This document shows positions 48,509 through 59,319 of a stretch of 64,000 bases of DNA, piece after piece; within the stretch, counting starts at the first letter, position 1, and each line of letters starts with the position of its first letter. Under the pieces are notes generated by a model. That model saw only the letters and a program-made list of their open reading frames with translations, was not told the DNA's origin and searched no databases. The DNA is from Gemmatimonadaceae bacterium (GTDB lineage: Bacteria; Gemmatimonadota; Gemmatimonadetes; Gemmatimonadales; Gemmatimonadaceae): contig JBHYGA010000001.1 in the NCBI GenBank assembly GCA_051859245.1, positions 512,001 to 576,000 of the forward strand, in the 5' to 3' direction. Both the position numbers and the translations under genes were made by a program.

Positions 48509-49774
48509 ATGGATAACATGACCCACGCCCTCGCCGGCCTGCTGATGGCCGACGCGACCATCTCCAGTATTGAACGCCGAACCGGGGCGCCGATCACCCG
48601 CGGCGTGCGCGCCACCGCCGTCGTGCTCGGCATTGTGGCCGCCGAGTTTCCCGACGCCGATCTGGTGTACTCCGGAGAAGTGCTCGGCATTGGCCCACTC
48701 GGTTACATGCTGCATCACCGCGGTCACACGCACACCATCGTGTTCGCGCTGATCATGGCGTTCGCCTTGTGGGGCGTGGTGCAACTTGTGCGGCGTGACA
48801 CGCGCGATCCTGCGGTGCGCACGCCGATGTTATGGCTGGCGTTGGGCGGCACACTCTCGCACATCGTACTTGACTACACCAACAGTTACGGCGTGCATCC
48901 GTTCTGGCCGTTTGAAAACAGTTGGTATTACGGCGACGCGATATTCATTGTCGAACCGTGGCTGTGGGTGGCGGCGATTCCAGCCCTGCTGTTTGGTCCG
49001 CGTCGCCTCGTGGGGCGTGTCGTGTTGTCGCTCGCGCTGGTTGGCGTGCTGGTGCTCGCGTGGTTGGTGGACATGGTTCCACGGGATGTGGCCACGGTGC
49101 TTACCGGAGGTGCGGTTTTGTCACTGCTCGCCGCACGTTTCACCGCGTCCGCGTACAGAGTGGCACTCGCCAGTGGATTGTGGCTCGCCGTGGAAGCATT
49201 CGGTTTTGCCATGTCGAGTGCGGCCAACAGGCGGGTTGCCGACGAAATGCGAGCCCGCGTACCTAACGCCACGCTCGTCGACGTGGTTCTCACATCAGCG
49301 GCGGCGAACCCATTGTGTCAGAGCGCAATTGTGATTGATGTGGAAAACGACGCGTATCGTGTGCACACCGCGACGGTGGCTGCACTGCCGGGAGTTCGCA
49401 ACGCACTGCGATGCGACGACAACATTCAGGACGTCTCTGCGGGTAGCTCTGATGGATTGGCCCGTTCATCGCGAGCGGAAAGTCTGAGCGAGACGTCAGC
49501 TGCGTCGGTGCGGTGGCGTGAAGAATGGACAGGCTCGAGATCAGAACTGCGGTCGTTCGCTGTGACACACTGCGAGTTCGCAGCCGCGCTGGAGTTCATG
49601 CGCGTGCCCGTCTGGCGTCGTGATGGGTCCGGAGGCGTGCTGCTATCCGACTTGCGGTACGGGCTGTACGGCAGTGGGTTCGCATCGGTCCGTTTTGAAG
49701 CGGTGCCGCGAGAGTGTCCCGCATTTGTGCCCGGGTGGCGGATGCCGAGGGCGGATGTGATTGTCGGGGGGTGA
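48509..49774 (+). CDS. Inner-membrane metal-dependent hydrolase (YdjM-like)
   Basis: MDNMTHAL, PDAD, HHRGHTHT, SHIVLDYTNSYGVHPFWP. Confidence 0.88.
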   Translation: MDNMTHALAGLLMADATISSIERRTGAPITRGVRATAVVLGIVAAEFPDADLVYSGEVLGIGPLGYMLHHRGHTHTIVFALIMAFALWGVVQLVRRDTRDPAVRTPMLWLALGGTLSHIVLDYTNSYGVHPFWPFENSWYYGDAIFIVEPWLWVAAIPALLFGPRRLVGRVVLSLALVGVLVLAWLVDMVPRDVATVLTGGAVLSLLAARFTASAYRVALASGLWLAVEAFGFAMSSAANRRVADEMRARVPNATLVDVVLTSAAANPLCQSAIVIDVENDAYRVHTATVAALPGVRNALRCDDNIQDVSAGSSDGLARSSRAESLSETSAASVRWREEWTGSRSELRSFAVTHCEFAAALEFMRVPVWRRDGSGGVLLSDLRYGLYGSGFASVRFEAVPRECPAFVPGWRMPRADVIVGG

Positions 49775-49837
49775 TGGCTCGGCGAACCTGTTTCGAAAGC
49801 CCGCACGGAACGCATCACGCTCTGTTCGCACCCCAGG

Positions 49838-50509
49838 TCAGACCATCACCCCAGCCCGCAACCGCTCAACCAGCCCCACGACCTCCGCAACATCTTCCAG
49901 CCAGTACGAGGGCGACGCGACCTCCAGCTGCCCCCGCGAGAACGGCCCCCAGAGCGCCGCGCCGGTGGTCGTTCCCGCCGCCCGCCCGGATACCATATCG
50001 TGCGTGGAATCCCCGACAAACAGCGCGCGATCTGGCGTCAGCTCCAGTGCATACAGCGCGTGCTCGACCGGAAGTGGATCGGGTTTATGCCGTGTGGTGT
50101 CATCGGCGGTCACCACGATATCAAAAGCGTCGGCGAGTCCAACATGCGCGAGGGATCGCAGCGTCATGCCGCGTCCTTTGCTGGTCACAACGCCCGTTTT
50201 TACCCCGGAGGCGCGCAGTGTGTGCACCACGTCGTAGGCGCCCGGAAACAAGGTGGTCATCCGCTCGAGATTGGCATGCTGATGCGTGCGATAGCGTTCG
50301 ACCACCGACTCAATCTCGTGTTCCGCAACGGAAAAATCGCGCATTTGTACGCGGAGCGGTGTGCCGATGCCGGCGGTCCACAGTTCACGAGACGGCACCA
50401 CCGCTCGCCCGGCAAATGCAAACTCCATGCACTCGAGCAACAGGCCAATCGAATCGAGCAGTGTGCCATCAAGGTCGAACAGAACGGCAAAGTGTTTCGA
50501 ATCAGTCAT
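49838..50509 (-). CDS. HAD-IA hydrolase (PpaX-like)
   Basis: FDLDGTLLDS, VVTSK, HKPDP, VGDSTHD. Confidence 0.9.
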   Translation of the reverse strand: MTDSKHFAVLFDLDGTLLDSIGLLLECMEFAFAGRAVVPSRELWTAGIGTPLRVQMRDFSVAEHEIESVVERYRTHQHANLERMTTLFPGAYDVVHTLRASGVKTGVVTSKGRGMTLRSLAHVGLADAFDIVVTADDTTRHKPDPLPVEHALYALELTPDRALFVGDSTHDMVSGRAAGTTTGAALWGPFSRGQLEVASPSYWLEDVAEVVGLVERLRAGVMV

Positions 50510-50562
50510 GCACAATTGTAGTCACGCCACGCACCGCTCGTGAGCTCGCGGTTGCGCAGTCT

Positions 50563-52890
50563 TTACGGCAACAGGAGCAAGAGCGCCGAGCATGGTAAAA
50601 GCGATTCCTGAGTTGGCGAGCTTGTTCGATCACCCGTAACTCGCGTAGCGGGTGCAAGCGCGATCACGGCATCGAGCCAGTCGAGTGAAGCCTGCATGTT
50701 ATCGTCACGTGTCACCGATTCCATCAACCGAGCCAGCGCGCGCTCGTCGCCCGCGCCACGCAGCTGCTGCAGTGCACGCAGCGCCACGGACGCGCGCGAC
50801 GCGAGTACCAGTCGATGGCTGATGGAAGCGCGGGCCAACAGCGCCCGTATTGCCAGCTGCGCGCGACGCACGGGCAATGCGACATCGGGCACCAGCTGTT
50901 GCGCCTGCCGTTGACGGAGGTACTGCCGAATCGCGCGATGCACCGCAGCTTCCGCGAGATGCACAGACGTCAGTGCAAACGCCGCGTCACCTGCGGCGCG
51001 TACCTGATCTGCACGCACCACAATCCGCAATAGTTGTTTCGGGTCGAGTGTGACACGAGTCCGTCGCACCCCGTTTGTGAAGGTGCCGCCAATCAGGATC
51101 TGCACCTCAGACGGCGATTCCTGTAGCGCTTCCGGATTCGTCATCACCGCGAGCCACGAGGCCTGTGCATGTCGCGCCACATGTCGCGCCACATGTCGCG
51201 TGACGCCGGTCAAACCGTTCATGGTCTCATCTGACAGCCATTCGCGAAACACACGCGCCAGTGGTGACGACAGTGTTGGCACAGCCACCAGCGTTCGTGC
51301 TGATGGTGCCACGTGCTCTGGCGAAATCGCCACCGCGGCCGCACGCGCCTTTACGCGCAACCGTTCAGCCAGGCGCATGAGCGCAGCGCCGCCGCCTGGT
51401 GGTGACATCGAATACGCGTGCACGGTGTCATGCAGCGACCCGAGTCGCGCAATGCGCCCCTCACGCTGCGCGACGGCGGCGGGTGTCCATGGCATATCGA
51501 GGTGCACCACCACCGCCGCATCTTGCAGATTGACGCCTTCGGCGAGCAAGTCAGTGGTGATTAGCAGGAACACGCGCTCGTGCGCCGGCGGCAGCGGTGC
51601 GCCGTAGGCCCGAGGAGCAACACGCGCGAGCAGCTCATCGCGAGACAGCTTTCCTCCCGCCACTTTGCCGCCGAGCGAGGTGAGTGTGGCCACGCCCTGA
51701 TCCCAGCGTAACAGGCGCCCAATACCGCGCACCGTTTCGGCAAACTGCGAGAACGCCACCACGGCCACACCGCGATGTGAGGCGCGCACTTTCCGCAGCG
51801 ACTCCACGCGCACGCGGTCGAGCGTGGTCGCGATCTGCTGCACGAGTTGCTCAAGTTCGGCAAGCGCCGATGCATGCGTATCCAGCTGCACGCGCGCCTC
51901 CCTCCAGGACGCATCGGCACGCACCGTTGATGCATCATCAAGCAGCAGTTCGGTGAAGCCAAGCTGTACGGTATCTTCCGAAATCGTCCACGCTCGCAGT
52001 TCCTGATTTGTGGGCAAGCGCTGTTCGGCCAGAATCTGCGCCAGCGCAACGGCACGCGCTCGGCGTTTTCGAATCATGGACAGACATGCCGCGCCGCTCG
52101 AGCACCAGGCGCGCACCAGACCCAGTGCGATGAGCGCACCTGCCGCTCGACCATCGCGAGTGGGGAGCGGTGGTGGCAGTGTGGCGAGCGCTCGCGTGAC
52201 GGCGGGCGCGTCGCCAATGGCAAATGGAGCATGCGCCACGAGCGGCGGCGGCTGTACCGCGTGCGCGTTCGCCAGATCCTCGGTATTGCGGCGAACGATC
52301 AGCCGCTGGCGCTGGGCGTGACTGAGTGATTCGGCCCGTGCGCCAAGGAACAGCGCCAGCAGGTGTTGTAAATCCTCCGGGCGATTGTGCACTGGTGTGG
52401 CGGTCAACAACAGCACGTGCGCGCCACGACACCATTGGGCCACGTTCGCGTACCGCAGCGTGGACGGAGTGCGCAGGTGGTGCGCTTCGTCAATGACGAC
52501 AAGGCGCGGTACTTCGCACGCGTGCTGACGCAACGCGGGATCGCGTGAGAACGCATGCAGCGAGTACACAACGGGTCGTGGCTGGATTTGTGTGCGAACA
52601 ATCGTACTGCGCCACATGTGCAGCAGCGCGGCTGGCGCGATGACATGTACTCTTGCATAAGACGCGCCGAGCGCCAGGGCCACGTGTGTCTTGCCCAGTC
52701 CCACGGTGTCGGCGAGCAGCGCACCGTGATATTCGCGGAGCAACGGCGTAAGACGAAGCACGGCCTCCACCTGATGTGCATGCAGGGTTTCCGTTCCCGC
52801 GTACTTCGCCGTGTGCGTGGTCTCGGGCGGCAATCCGAGTCCGGCGCGCGCGAGCACGTTGAAGACAGCGTGTGGCCTGTTTTCACGCAT
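50563..52890 (-). CDS. SNF2-like SF2 helicase
   Basis: LADTVGLGKT, IDEAH, TATPVHN, EGVNLQ, QREGRIARLG. Confidence 0.88.
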   Translation of the reverse strand: MRENRPHAVFNVLARAGLGLPPETTHTAKYAGTETLHAHQVEAVLRLTPLLREYHGALLADTVGLGKTHVALALGASYARVHVIAPAALLHMWRSTIVRTQIQPRPVVYSLHAFSRDPALRQHACEVPRLVVIDEAHHLRTPSTLRYANVAQWCRGAHVLLLTATPVHNRPEDLQHLLALFLGARAESLSHAQRQRLIVRRNTEDLANAHAVQPPPLVAHAPFAIGDAPAVTRALATLPPPLPTRDGRAAGALIALGLVRAWCSSGAACLSMIRKRRARAVALAQILAEQRLPTNQELRAWTISEDTVQLGFTELLLDDASTVRADASWREARVQLDTHASALAELEQLVQQIATTLDRVRVESLRKVRASHRGVAVVAFSQFAETVRGIGRLLRWDQGVATLTSLGGKVAGGKLSRDELLARVAPRAYGAPLPPAHERVFLLITTDLLAEGVNLQDAAVVVHLDMPWTPAAVAQREGRIARLGSLHDTVHAYSMSPPGGGAALMRLAERLRVKARAAAVAISPEHVAPSARTLVAVPTLSSPLARVFREWLSDETMNGLTGVTRHVARHVARHAQASWLAVMTNPEALQESPSEVQILIGGTFTNGVRRTRVTLDPKQLLRIVVRADQVRAAGDAAFALTSVHLAEAAVHRAIRQYLRQRQAQQLVPDVALPVRRAQLAIRALLARASISHRLVLASRASVALRALQQLRGAGDERALARLMESVTRDDNMQASLDWLDAVIALAPATRVTGDRTSSPTQESLLPCSALLLLLP

Positions 52891-55800
52891 GTTGCCAATC
52901 CATGAGCGATTGCAGCACGCGCGGATCCAGTCCGTAGGCGGACGCAACCACGTGAATGTGCTCGTCCGGTGACGGAGGGTCGCCGAGTGCGCGTCGACGG
53001 CCAAGTGGCGCGAGCAGGACACGGGCTCGCAGCCAGTCGTTTGGTACGGGCAGCGCGGAGACGGTCCAGCCGAGGAATCGTCGCCACCCGCCACGTGCCG
53101 GTTCGGCGATGGCATCGAGCCAGGCGGAGGCAACGGGCGATGACAACAACGCATCCAGCGCATACGCGTCCTCTATGGCGGGCGTGCGCAGCACGTAGCA
53201 CGTGTTCAGCGGCACGGTCGGATCACCGGCGTCGAGGACACGTGTGCGCAACGTGCGACCAAAGTCGGCCCAGACGAGCCGTGGCGTTTCGAGGCGTGCC
53301 GCTTCGGTGCGAAAGAGTGCCCACCACGGCATGCGATGGCGTGCATCGCTCCGCCCTTCGAGGCGCGGCCGCCACCGTTGCAGCCAGCGCGCAGCCCGGG
53401 GTGGCAACGATGTGAGCGGACGACCATCCAGGCCGTGTGTCCAGACAATACGCAGGTCGACGCGATGTGTGCGATTACTGGCTGACTCCGTGCTTGCCAG
53501 GGCGTGTCCGAGCAGTGCAGGGCGAAGCACAGTGCGCTCGATCGTTCCGGAACGATCGCCGGCGACAACGGTGGCCAGCAAATCATCGTGCTCTCGCGCG
53601 TCGACCAGAAACGCTTCGTTGCAACCACATTTCACGCCCAATGTTGGTCGGCCAAGGCCCGCGTCGCCGAGTGCTGGTCCGCTGCGTCGCAATCGTTCAA
53701 AGGCCGCGCGTACGTCTGGTGGCAGCAGCAGCCACGGTGCCGCGGGTTCAGCGCCAAGCGGGAGGGACACGGCAGGGAGCGCAAACGCATGATCGCGTGC
53801 GCCGCGCATGACGTGGACTTGCACGCGTTCCGTGGCACTGCTGGCCACTGGTGCGCTGGTGCGTTCGGCGACCACGAGTGACGGATACGTGGCCGCATCA
53901 AAAAGTGCGGGTGCGTCGCTCCAGTCGATCACCGTGTGCAAGCGGGTATCGTCGGCGAGTAATCGACGCACGCCGCCGCCGGCCAGTGAACGCCAGAGTT
54001 TGGCGGGCACGAGGAGTGCAAGTACGCCGCCTTCGCGTAGCAGTGAGACGCTGCGTTCAACAAAGGCGGCCGACAGATCGGCCTGCGCGCCAAAGCCTGC
54101 GCCGGCACCGGCGCGCACGGCACCCGCTCGCCATGACGCATCGCGCATGCTGCGGAAGTCGCGTCGCAGATTCAGCCGCTCCGGCATCGTGAGCATGTGC
54201 GGCCGCACCCAGGGCGGATTACCGACAACGAGGTGGAAACCACCGCTCGCGCCGACATCCGCGAGGTGCGCCGCAAAGCGAAAGGGGAGAGCGCCGCCGA
54301 GTGTGAGGCGACGTTCGCGTGACTGCAGTTCGCGCAAGCGGGTGCGTAGTGCGAGGAGTCGGGCTGTATCGGCGCGCGAAGGTTTGGTGCGTTCGCCAAA
54401 GAGATCGCGCGTGCGCAGTTGCGTGATCAACGCTTTTCGTGCGCGACGGGCACTGTCAATCGTGACCGCAAGCTCCGCCAGGGCGCGATTGCGTTCCTCG
54501 CGGTCAAGCGATTTCGCCAGCGATTGTTTGCGCGCACCGACCGCCTGCACGTACCGCCCGCGCAGCTGCGCGAGTCGCCTTCCCGAGGCCGGTGTGTACC
54601 GGAAGTCACCGCCGCTGAGCGAATCGCCGGCGCGGACATGGTGATCAAGGTTGGGAAGGGGCGGTACGCGCAGGGGATCAGTTTCGTGGCAGTCGATCAC
54701 CACCGCGAGCCAGAGGCGCAGTTCACAGAGCCACACCGCGACCGGATTCCGGTCCACGCCGAAAATCGATTCGGCGAGCACATCGCGACGTATCTGATGT
54801 TCATCGCGAGTGTCACCTGCGGCGACACGGAGTCGTGTGAGTTTCTCGAGCAGGTGTACAAGGAACGCGCCCGATCCGCAGGCGGGGTCGAGACATCGCA
54901 GCGCGCGCAACTGCTCCAGACGATCCGGGGCTGCGATCTGATGGCGCAGAGCGGCGTGCAGCGCTTCGGAGACGACCCGTTCCACCAGTGCCGGCGGCGT
55001 GTAAAAGGTGCCGCTGCCGCGACGCTCCGACGGGACCATGAGTGATTCAAAGGCGCGCCCGAGCATTTCCGGATCAACGGCGGACTCGGACCAGCTGGTA
55101 GAGTCTTCCTGTGCCGTAAAGCGATAGCGATCGAGCAGTTCGCCGACGATCGCCACGATGGCGTCGTCGGTAAATCGCACGTGCGAGCGCAGTCGCTCGA
55201 CGGGTGCTGGTGAGAAGAGCCCACCATTCAGAAACGGCACCTTGCCAAAGCGACGTGCGACGGGTGCACGTTGTGCGTACGGTGTGTTGAGCGTGCCGAA
55301 GAACAGGGGGCGCAACCAGCGCTGGTGCAGGTTCCCGCCGCGTTCGAGTGCCGCGGTGCACTCGCGCATGAGAAAGCCGTGATCTTGATCGAGCCAGCCT
55401 TTGGCTTCGAGAAAGGCCAGGAACAACAGGCGCGATGTGGTGAGCAGTGCGAGCGTGTGTCGTTCGTGCGCGGTGGCCGTTCCAACGGCCGTAGTTGCGA
55501 GATTGCGCACAAGTTTGTCGAGCGTGCGATAGAATCGGCCGCAGAGTGCATCGCGCCCGAGCACATCAGTCCAGCGTGCGTACGCGAGCGCGGCGTCGGT
55601 ACGCGGCACACTCGCCATGGCGCGTAGTGTGTCGGCGTCACTGTCCGTAACACGCCGGCGGTCTACGCGAAGTGCGATGACTTTACGGGACGAGCCGCCA
55701 GGTGCGAGCACCGCGAGTGTAATGGAATGCGTTGGCTCATGCAGCAGGCACAACAACCACGACTGCGCGGCGGCGTGCCGGTCCAATGCGGCGGCAATCG

Positions 55801-56059
55801 CACGTGATGCGCTGCGCACATCGCTGTCTGGTGGAACGATGGCCAGCAGCGCACGCAGCGATCCTTCGCCGGCGAATAGTCGTGCGCGCGTAATGCTGGC
55901 GGTCAGGCCGAGTGCGGCGCGGAGCCCCGCGTGCACGACGTGCGCGTTGGCGGTGAAGCCCAGCGCTCGCAGCAGCGGACGCGTGCTGTCGAGGGAATCG
56001 GCGCGGGCGAGCAGGGTGGCGGAAGCGCGTATGGTGAGCACGGGCGCATCATGCGCCAA
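52883..56059 (-). CDS. Large N6-adenine DNA methyltransferase (Eco57I/TaqI-like)
   Basis: PFLNGGLF, GTFYTP, DPACGSGAFL, GNPPW, C-terminal TRD-like region. Confidence 0.88.
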   Translation of the reverse strand: MAHDAPVLTIRASATLLARADSLDSTRPLLRALGFTANAHVVHAGLRAALGLTASITRARLFAGEGSLRALLAIVPPDSDVRSASRAIAAALDRHAAAQSWLLCLLHEPTHSITLAVLAPGGSSRKVIALRVDRRRVTDSDADTLRAMASVPRTDAALAYARWTDVLGRDALCGRFYRTLDKLVRNLATTAVGTATAHERHTLALLTTSRLLFLAFLEAKGWLDQDHGFLMRECTAALERGGNLHQRWLRPLFFGTLNTPYAQRAPVARRFGKVPFLNGGLFSPAPVERLRSHVRFTDDAIVAIVGELLDRYRFTAQEDSTSWSESAVDPEMLGRAFESLMVPSERRGSGTFYTPPALVERVVSEALHAALRHQIAAPDRLEQLRALRCLDPACGSGAFLVHLLEKLTRLRVAAGDTRDEHQIRRDVLAESIFGVDRNPVAVWLCELRLWLAVVIDCHETDPLRVPPLPNLDHHVRAGDSLSGGDFRYTPASGRRLAQLRGRYVQAVGARKQSLAKSLDREERNRALAELAVTIDSARRARKALITQLRTRDLFGERTKPSRADTARLLALRTRLRELQSRERRLTLGGALPFRFAAHLADVGASGGFHLVVGNPPWVRPHMLTMPERLNLRRDFRSMRDASWRAGAVRAGAGAGFGAQADLSAAFVERSVSLLREGGVLALLVPAKLWRSLAGGGVRRLLADDTRLHTVIDWSDAPALFDAATYPSLVVAERTSAPVASSATERVQVHVMRGARDHAFALPAVSLPLGAEPAAPWLLLPPDVRAAFERLRRSGPALGDAGLGRPTLGVKCGCNEAFLVDAREHDDLLATVVAGDRSGTIERTVLRPALLGHALASTESASNRTHRVDLRIVWTHGLDGRPLTSLPPRAARWLQRWRPRLEGRSDARHRMPWWALFRTEAARLETPRLVWADFGRTLRTRVLDAGDPTVPLNTCYVLRTPAIEDAYALDALLSSPVASAWLDAIAEPARGGWRRFLGWTVSALPVPNDWLRARVLLAPLGRRRALGDPPSPDEHIHVVASAYGLDPRVLQSLMDWQHA

Positions 56060-56110
56060 CGTCCCGCGCGGTGCGTCACCGAAAAACTGCGCGACGTATC
56101 GTGAGCGTGC

Positions 56111-57271
56111 CTACCGACTCTGATACTGGCGGCCCTTCCACTCCACGTTCTGACCGCGCGCAATGGCCGACGCGCAGATCCAGGCAAACGCCAAGGCGCC
56201 TACCGGTGCCAGCGCGGTGCGCCACAACGGTGTGCGTGAGAACGCCGCGGCCCCGGCAAAACAGAAGACCATGCTGGCCGCGGCCATCGCACTCCACGGA
56301 AGCAGCACCGCGTGCCTGGAAAGGTACGCGAGCGGCACCACAACAAACGGCGCCGCAATCGCGAGCGGAAATCCAACCAGCGCCAGGGGAAACAATACGC
56401 GACCGATTACACCACCACGCATTGCCATGCGTCCACCCGCGTACACATTCTTGCGCCAACCGCGCACCAGCGAATCCCACCCGTCGTACATGCGCGTGGA
56501 CAAGTGCGATTGTCCGAGTGCCAGCGACACACGTCGTCCGGATTGCACGATGCGCTGCGCCATCATCAGGTCTTCCGCCACGGTGTCGCGCACTGCTTCA
56601 TGGCCGCCAATGGCGTCGTACACTGCGCGCGACATGAGAAAACACTGACCGTTCGCGACGACATCTTCCGGTCGGCGCGCTGCTTCGAGCGAACGGGCGC
56701 CACCAAAGCGCGCCAGAATCAGCGCGAACACCACCGGCTGCACCGCGCGCTCCCAGAAGGTGACCATCTCCTGCGTCCCAGAAACCGACAGCAGATCAGC
56801 GTTTCGTTCGCCGCGGACGCGCATCATGCGCGCGATCAACTCGGGCGCGTGACGGGTATCAGCGTCGGTAAACAACAACCATTCGCCGCGTGCCACCTGC
56901 ATGGCAGTGTGACACGCCCACTGTTTGCCGAACCATCCGGCGGCCAGCGGTGGTGCATCGATCACGCGCACACGCGGATCACTTGCCGCCGACGCGCGTG
57001 CCAACGCACCCGTGTCATCGGTGGACCCGTCGTTCACCACGATCAGTTCCCAGTTGGGCCACGTGGTGTTGCGCAGCGCCGCCATACACGCACTGATGTG
57101 CGCGGCTTCGTTGCGTGCTGGCAATACCACCGACACCAGTGGCGCCGGCGCAGGCGGAACGGGCGACGCGTTTTCCAGCCGGGGCGTACCACGCAGTCGC
57201 CACAACACGAACATGGGCACCACGAACCACGGGCTGGCCAGCGCGAGCGCAAGCAGCAGGGATGAGTTCAC
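56111..57271 (-). CDS. GT2 glycosyltransferase (CrtQ/HpnB-like)
   Basis: PARNE, NDGSTD, GWFGKQWAC, FTDAD, AEDL. Confidence 0.88.
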   Translation of the reverse strand: MNSSLLLALALASPWFVVPMFVLWRLRGTPRLENASPVPPAPAPLVSVVLPARNEAAHISACMAALRNTTWPNWELIVVNDGSTDDTGALARASAASDPRVRVIDAPPLAAGWFGKQWACHTAMQVARGEWLLFTDADTRHAPELIARMMRVRGERNADLLSVSGTQEMVTFWERAVQPVVFALILARFGGARSLEAARRPEDVVANGQCFLMSRAVYDAIGGHEAVRDTVAEDLMMAQRIVQSGRRVSLALGQSHLSTRMYDGWDSLVRGWRKNVYAGGRMAMRGGVIGRVLFPLALVGFPLAIAAPFVVVPLAYLSRHAVLLPWSAMAAASMVFCFAGAAAFSRTPLWRTALAPVGALAFAWICASAIARGQNVEWKGRQYQSR

Positions 57272-57347
57272 AGAAAGCAGGCCAAAGAGTTCATGAGCTG
57301 AACAATGCGCAGATTGCTCAGTTGGTGCCGCGTCCGTACGTTCACAG

Positions 57348-58280
57348 ATGCATCAAGGCCTCGATTCCGCCGCAGCATTGTTGGAACCAACGCCGCTCAA
57401 GGCTGGCGCACGCGTTGCGCTCGTCTCGCCCGCCGGACCACTACTCGGCGCACACGAAGTGGAGCGCGCAGAAGAGACGGCGCGTTCGCTCGGATGGGAA
57501 CCGGTGGTCGGGGTGCACGCTCTGGCACGCAGCGGATATTTCGCCGGCACTGACGCGGAGCGCGCCGCGGATCTCAATCACGCGCTCGCCGATCACACCA
57601 TTGATGGTATCTGGTGTTTGCGTGGCGGATACGGCGCCATGCGGGTGCTCCCCGATATCAGCATCGAGCTCCTGCGGGAACGCGCGATGCCGTTGATCGG
57701 CTACTCCGACATCACGGCATTGCACGCGGCGTGGCAACGCGCGGGCGTGGTGTCGTATCATGGTCCAACGGCGCGGGCACTGCTCACACCATTCAGTCGC
57801 GAGTCATTGGAAAACGCGGTGCACTATACACGCGGCTCAGCCGGCGTGGCTCCGGACGCACGCACCGTTCGACTGGGGCGCGTGACCGCGAGGCTGACGG
57901 GTGGTAATCTGGCCCTTGTGGCCGCTCTTGCCGGCACGCCTTGGGCGGTGTCCTTCCGGGACAGCATCGCGGTGCTGGAAGACGTGAACGAGGCGACGTA
58001 TCGCGTGGATCGCATGCTGGTACAGCTCAGGCTGGCAGGCGCCTTTGACGGCTGCCGGGGCATTCTCTTCGGACACTGCACCGATTGCCCCGAAAGCAAC
58101 GACGATGGACGGCGTTCGCTCGCTGAACTGGTGCGCGAGTTGGCCGATTCGTTGCAGGTGCCCGCCCTCTTGGGCGTGCCCGTCGGCCATATTTCAGATC
58201 AATGGACGCTTCCATTCGGCGCGCTGGCCACGCTCGACACTGAGGCCCGCATGCTCGACATTCACCGTGACCCGACGTGA
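57348..58280 (+). CDS. LD-carboxypeptidase (S66)
   Basis: RGGYG, GYSDITAL, GGNL, LEDVNE, VGH. Confidence 0.92.
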   Translation: MHQGLDSAAALLEPTPLKAGARVALVSPAGPLLGAHEVERAEETARSLGWEPVVGVHALARSGYFAGTDAERAADLNHALADHTIDGIWCLRGGYGAMRVLPDISIELLRERAMPLIGYSDITALHAAWQRAGVVSYHGPTARALLTPFSRESLENAVHYTRGSAGVAPDARTVRLGRVTARLTGGNLALVAALAGTPWAVSFRDSIAVLEDVNEATYRVDRMLVQLRLAGAFDGCRGILFGHCTDCPESNDDGRRSLAELVRELADSLQVPALLGVPVGHISDQWTLPFGALATLDTEARMLDIHRDPT

Positions 58281-58285
58281 CTATC

Positions 58286-58648
58286 ATGGCGCACAAAACC
58301 GCGCAGCAACTGATCGCTGAAGCAAAGCAGCAGGTTCCGGAAATGACCGTGCACGAACTGCGCGAACTGCAGGCGCAGGGTACGGACTTCATTCTCGTTG
58401 ACGTGCGTGAACAGAACGAGTGGAATCTCGGACACATTCCAGGCGCGGTGTACATCGGTCGCGGCGTGCTGGAGAGCAACGTGGAACAGCGCATTCCACG
58501 CGAAGCGCAAGTGGTGTTGTATTGCCAGTCGGGCAATCGCTCGGCGCTCGCTGGTTATACCATGCAGCAGTTGGGGTACGACAACGTGACCTCGTTGGCC
58601 GGTGGCTGGCGCGATTGGGTGGGAACGGGCGGAGAGGTCGCCGACTGA
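58286..58648 (+). CDS. Rhodanese-like domain protein
   Basis: DVRE..EW..GHIPGA, YCQSGNRS, LAGG. Confidence 0.92.
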   Translation: MAHKTAQQLIAEAKQQVPEMTVHELRELQAQGTDFILVDVREQNEWNLGHIPGAVYIGRGVLESNVEQRIPREAQVVLYCQSGNRSALAGYTMQQLGYDNVTSLAGGWRDWVGTGGEVAD

Positions 58649-58650
58649 CC

Positions 58651-59274
58651 ATGACGCACGCCGCGGGCGACGCGCTCGACGTTGCACTGCAGCATCCGGT
58701 GATGGTTCGGTTGGTGCAGCGCCTGTCGCAGCACTCGGCACACGAGGCGCCAACTGAAGCCACCGTGCGACTCGCGGCGGTGGCGGCCGTGTTGCGCGTG
58801 TCGCATGAACCCGAGTTGTTGTTCATCAAACGCGCGGAAGCGGTGGGCGACCCATGGAGCGGTCACATGGCGTTTCCGGGCGGTCGGCATGATCCGTCGG
58901 ATCGGGACCTCGTGGATACCGCAGTGCGGGAAACACGCGAAGAAACGTCAATCGATTTGCTCACGAACGGACGCTTGATCGGTGTGCTCGACGATCTCGC
59001 ACCCCGCAGTCCCTCGTTGCCGCGCATCAACATTCGTCCGTACGTGGCGATTGTGCACGCCGATGTGCAGATCGTGCCGAGCTACGAAGTGGCCGCACAT
59101 TTCTGGGTGCCGCTCGCGCAGCTGGCCGAGCCGCTCGCGCAAGCCGAACACGCCATGGAGTTTGACGGTGCGACGCTCAAGTTTCCTGGGTATCGCATTG
59201 GGCCGCACATTGCGTGGGGGTTGACGGAGCGCATTGTGCGGCAGCTGCTGGGAATGTTGCACGACGAGCGTTAG
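58651..59274 (+). CDS. Nudix CoA pyrophosphatase
   Basis: WSGHMAFPGG...TAVRETREE, WGLTERI. Confidence 0.9.
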   Translation: MTHAAGDALDVALQHPVMVRLVQRLSQHSAHEAPTEATVRLAAVAAVLRVSHEPELLFIKRAEAVGDPWSGHMAFPGGRHDPSDRDLVDTAVRETREETSIDLLTNGRLIGVLDDLAPRSPSLPRINIRPYVAIVHADVQIVPSYEVAAHFWVPLAQLAEPLAQAEHAMEFDGATLKFPGYRIGPHIAWGLTERIVRQLLGMLHDER

Positions 59275-59319
59275 CTCGCGACCGCCGCACGCGCGTGTGC
59301 TGCACTGCAGGCTATAGGG

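Noticed and set aside
51168..51200. 12-bp tandem repeat (RHVA) in the helicase gene
   Set aside because: In-frame micro-duplication in a linker; no evidence of function
52891..53163. Helicase N-terminal extension
   Set aside because: Overlaps the MTase gene in another frame; ATG 52890 gives normal translational coupling
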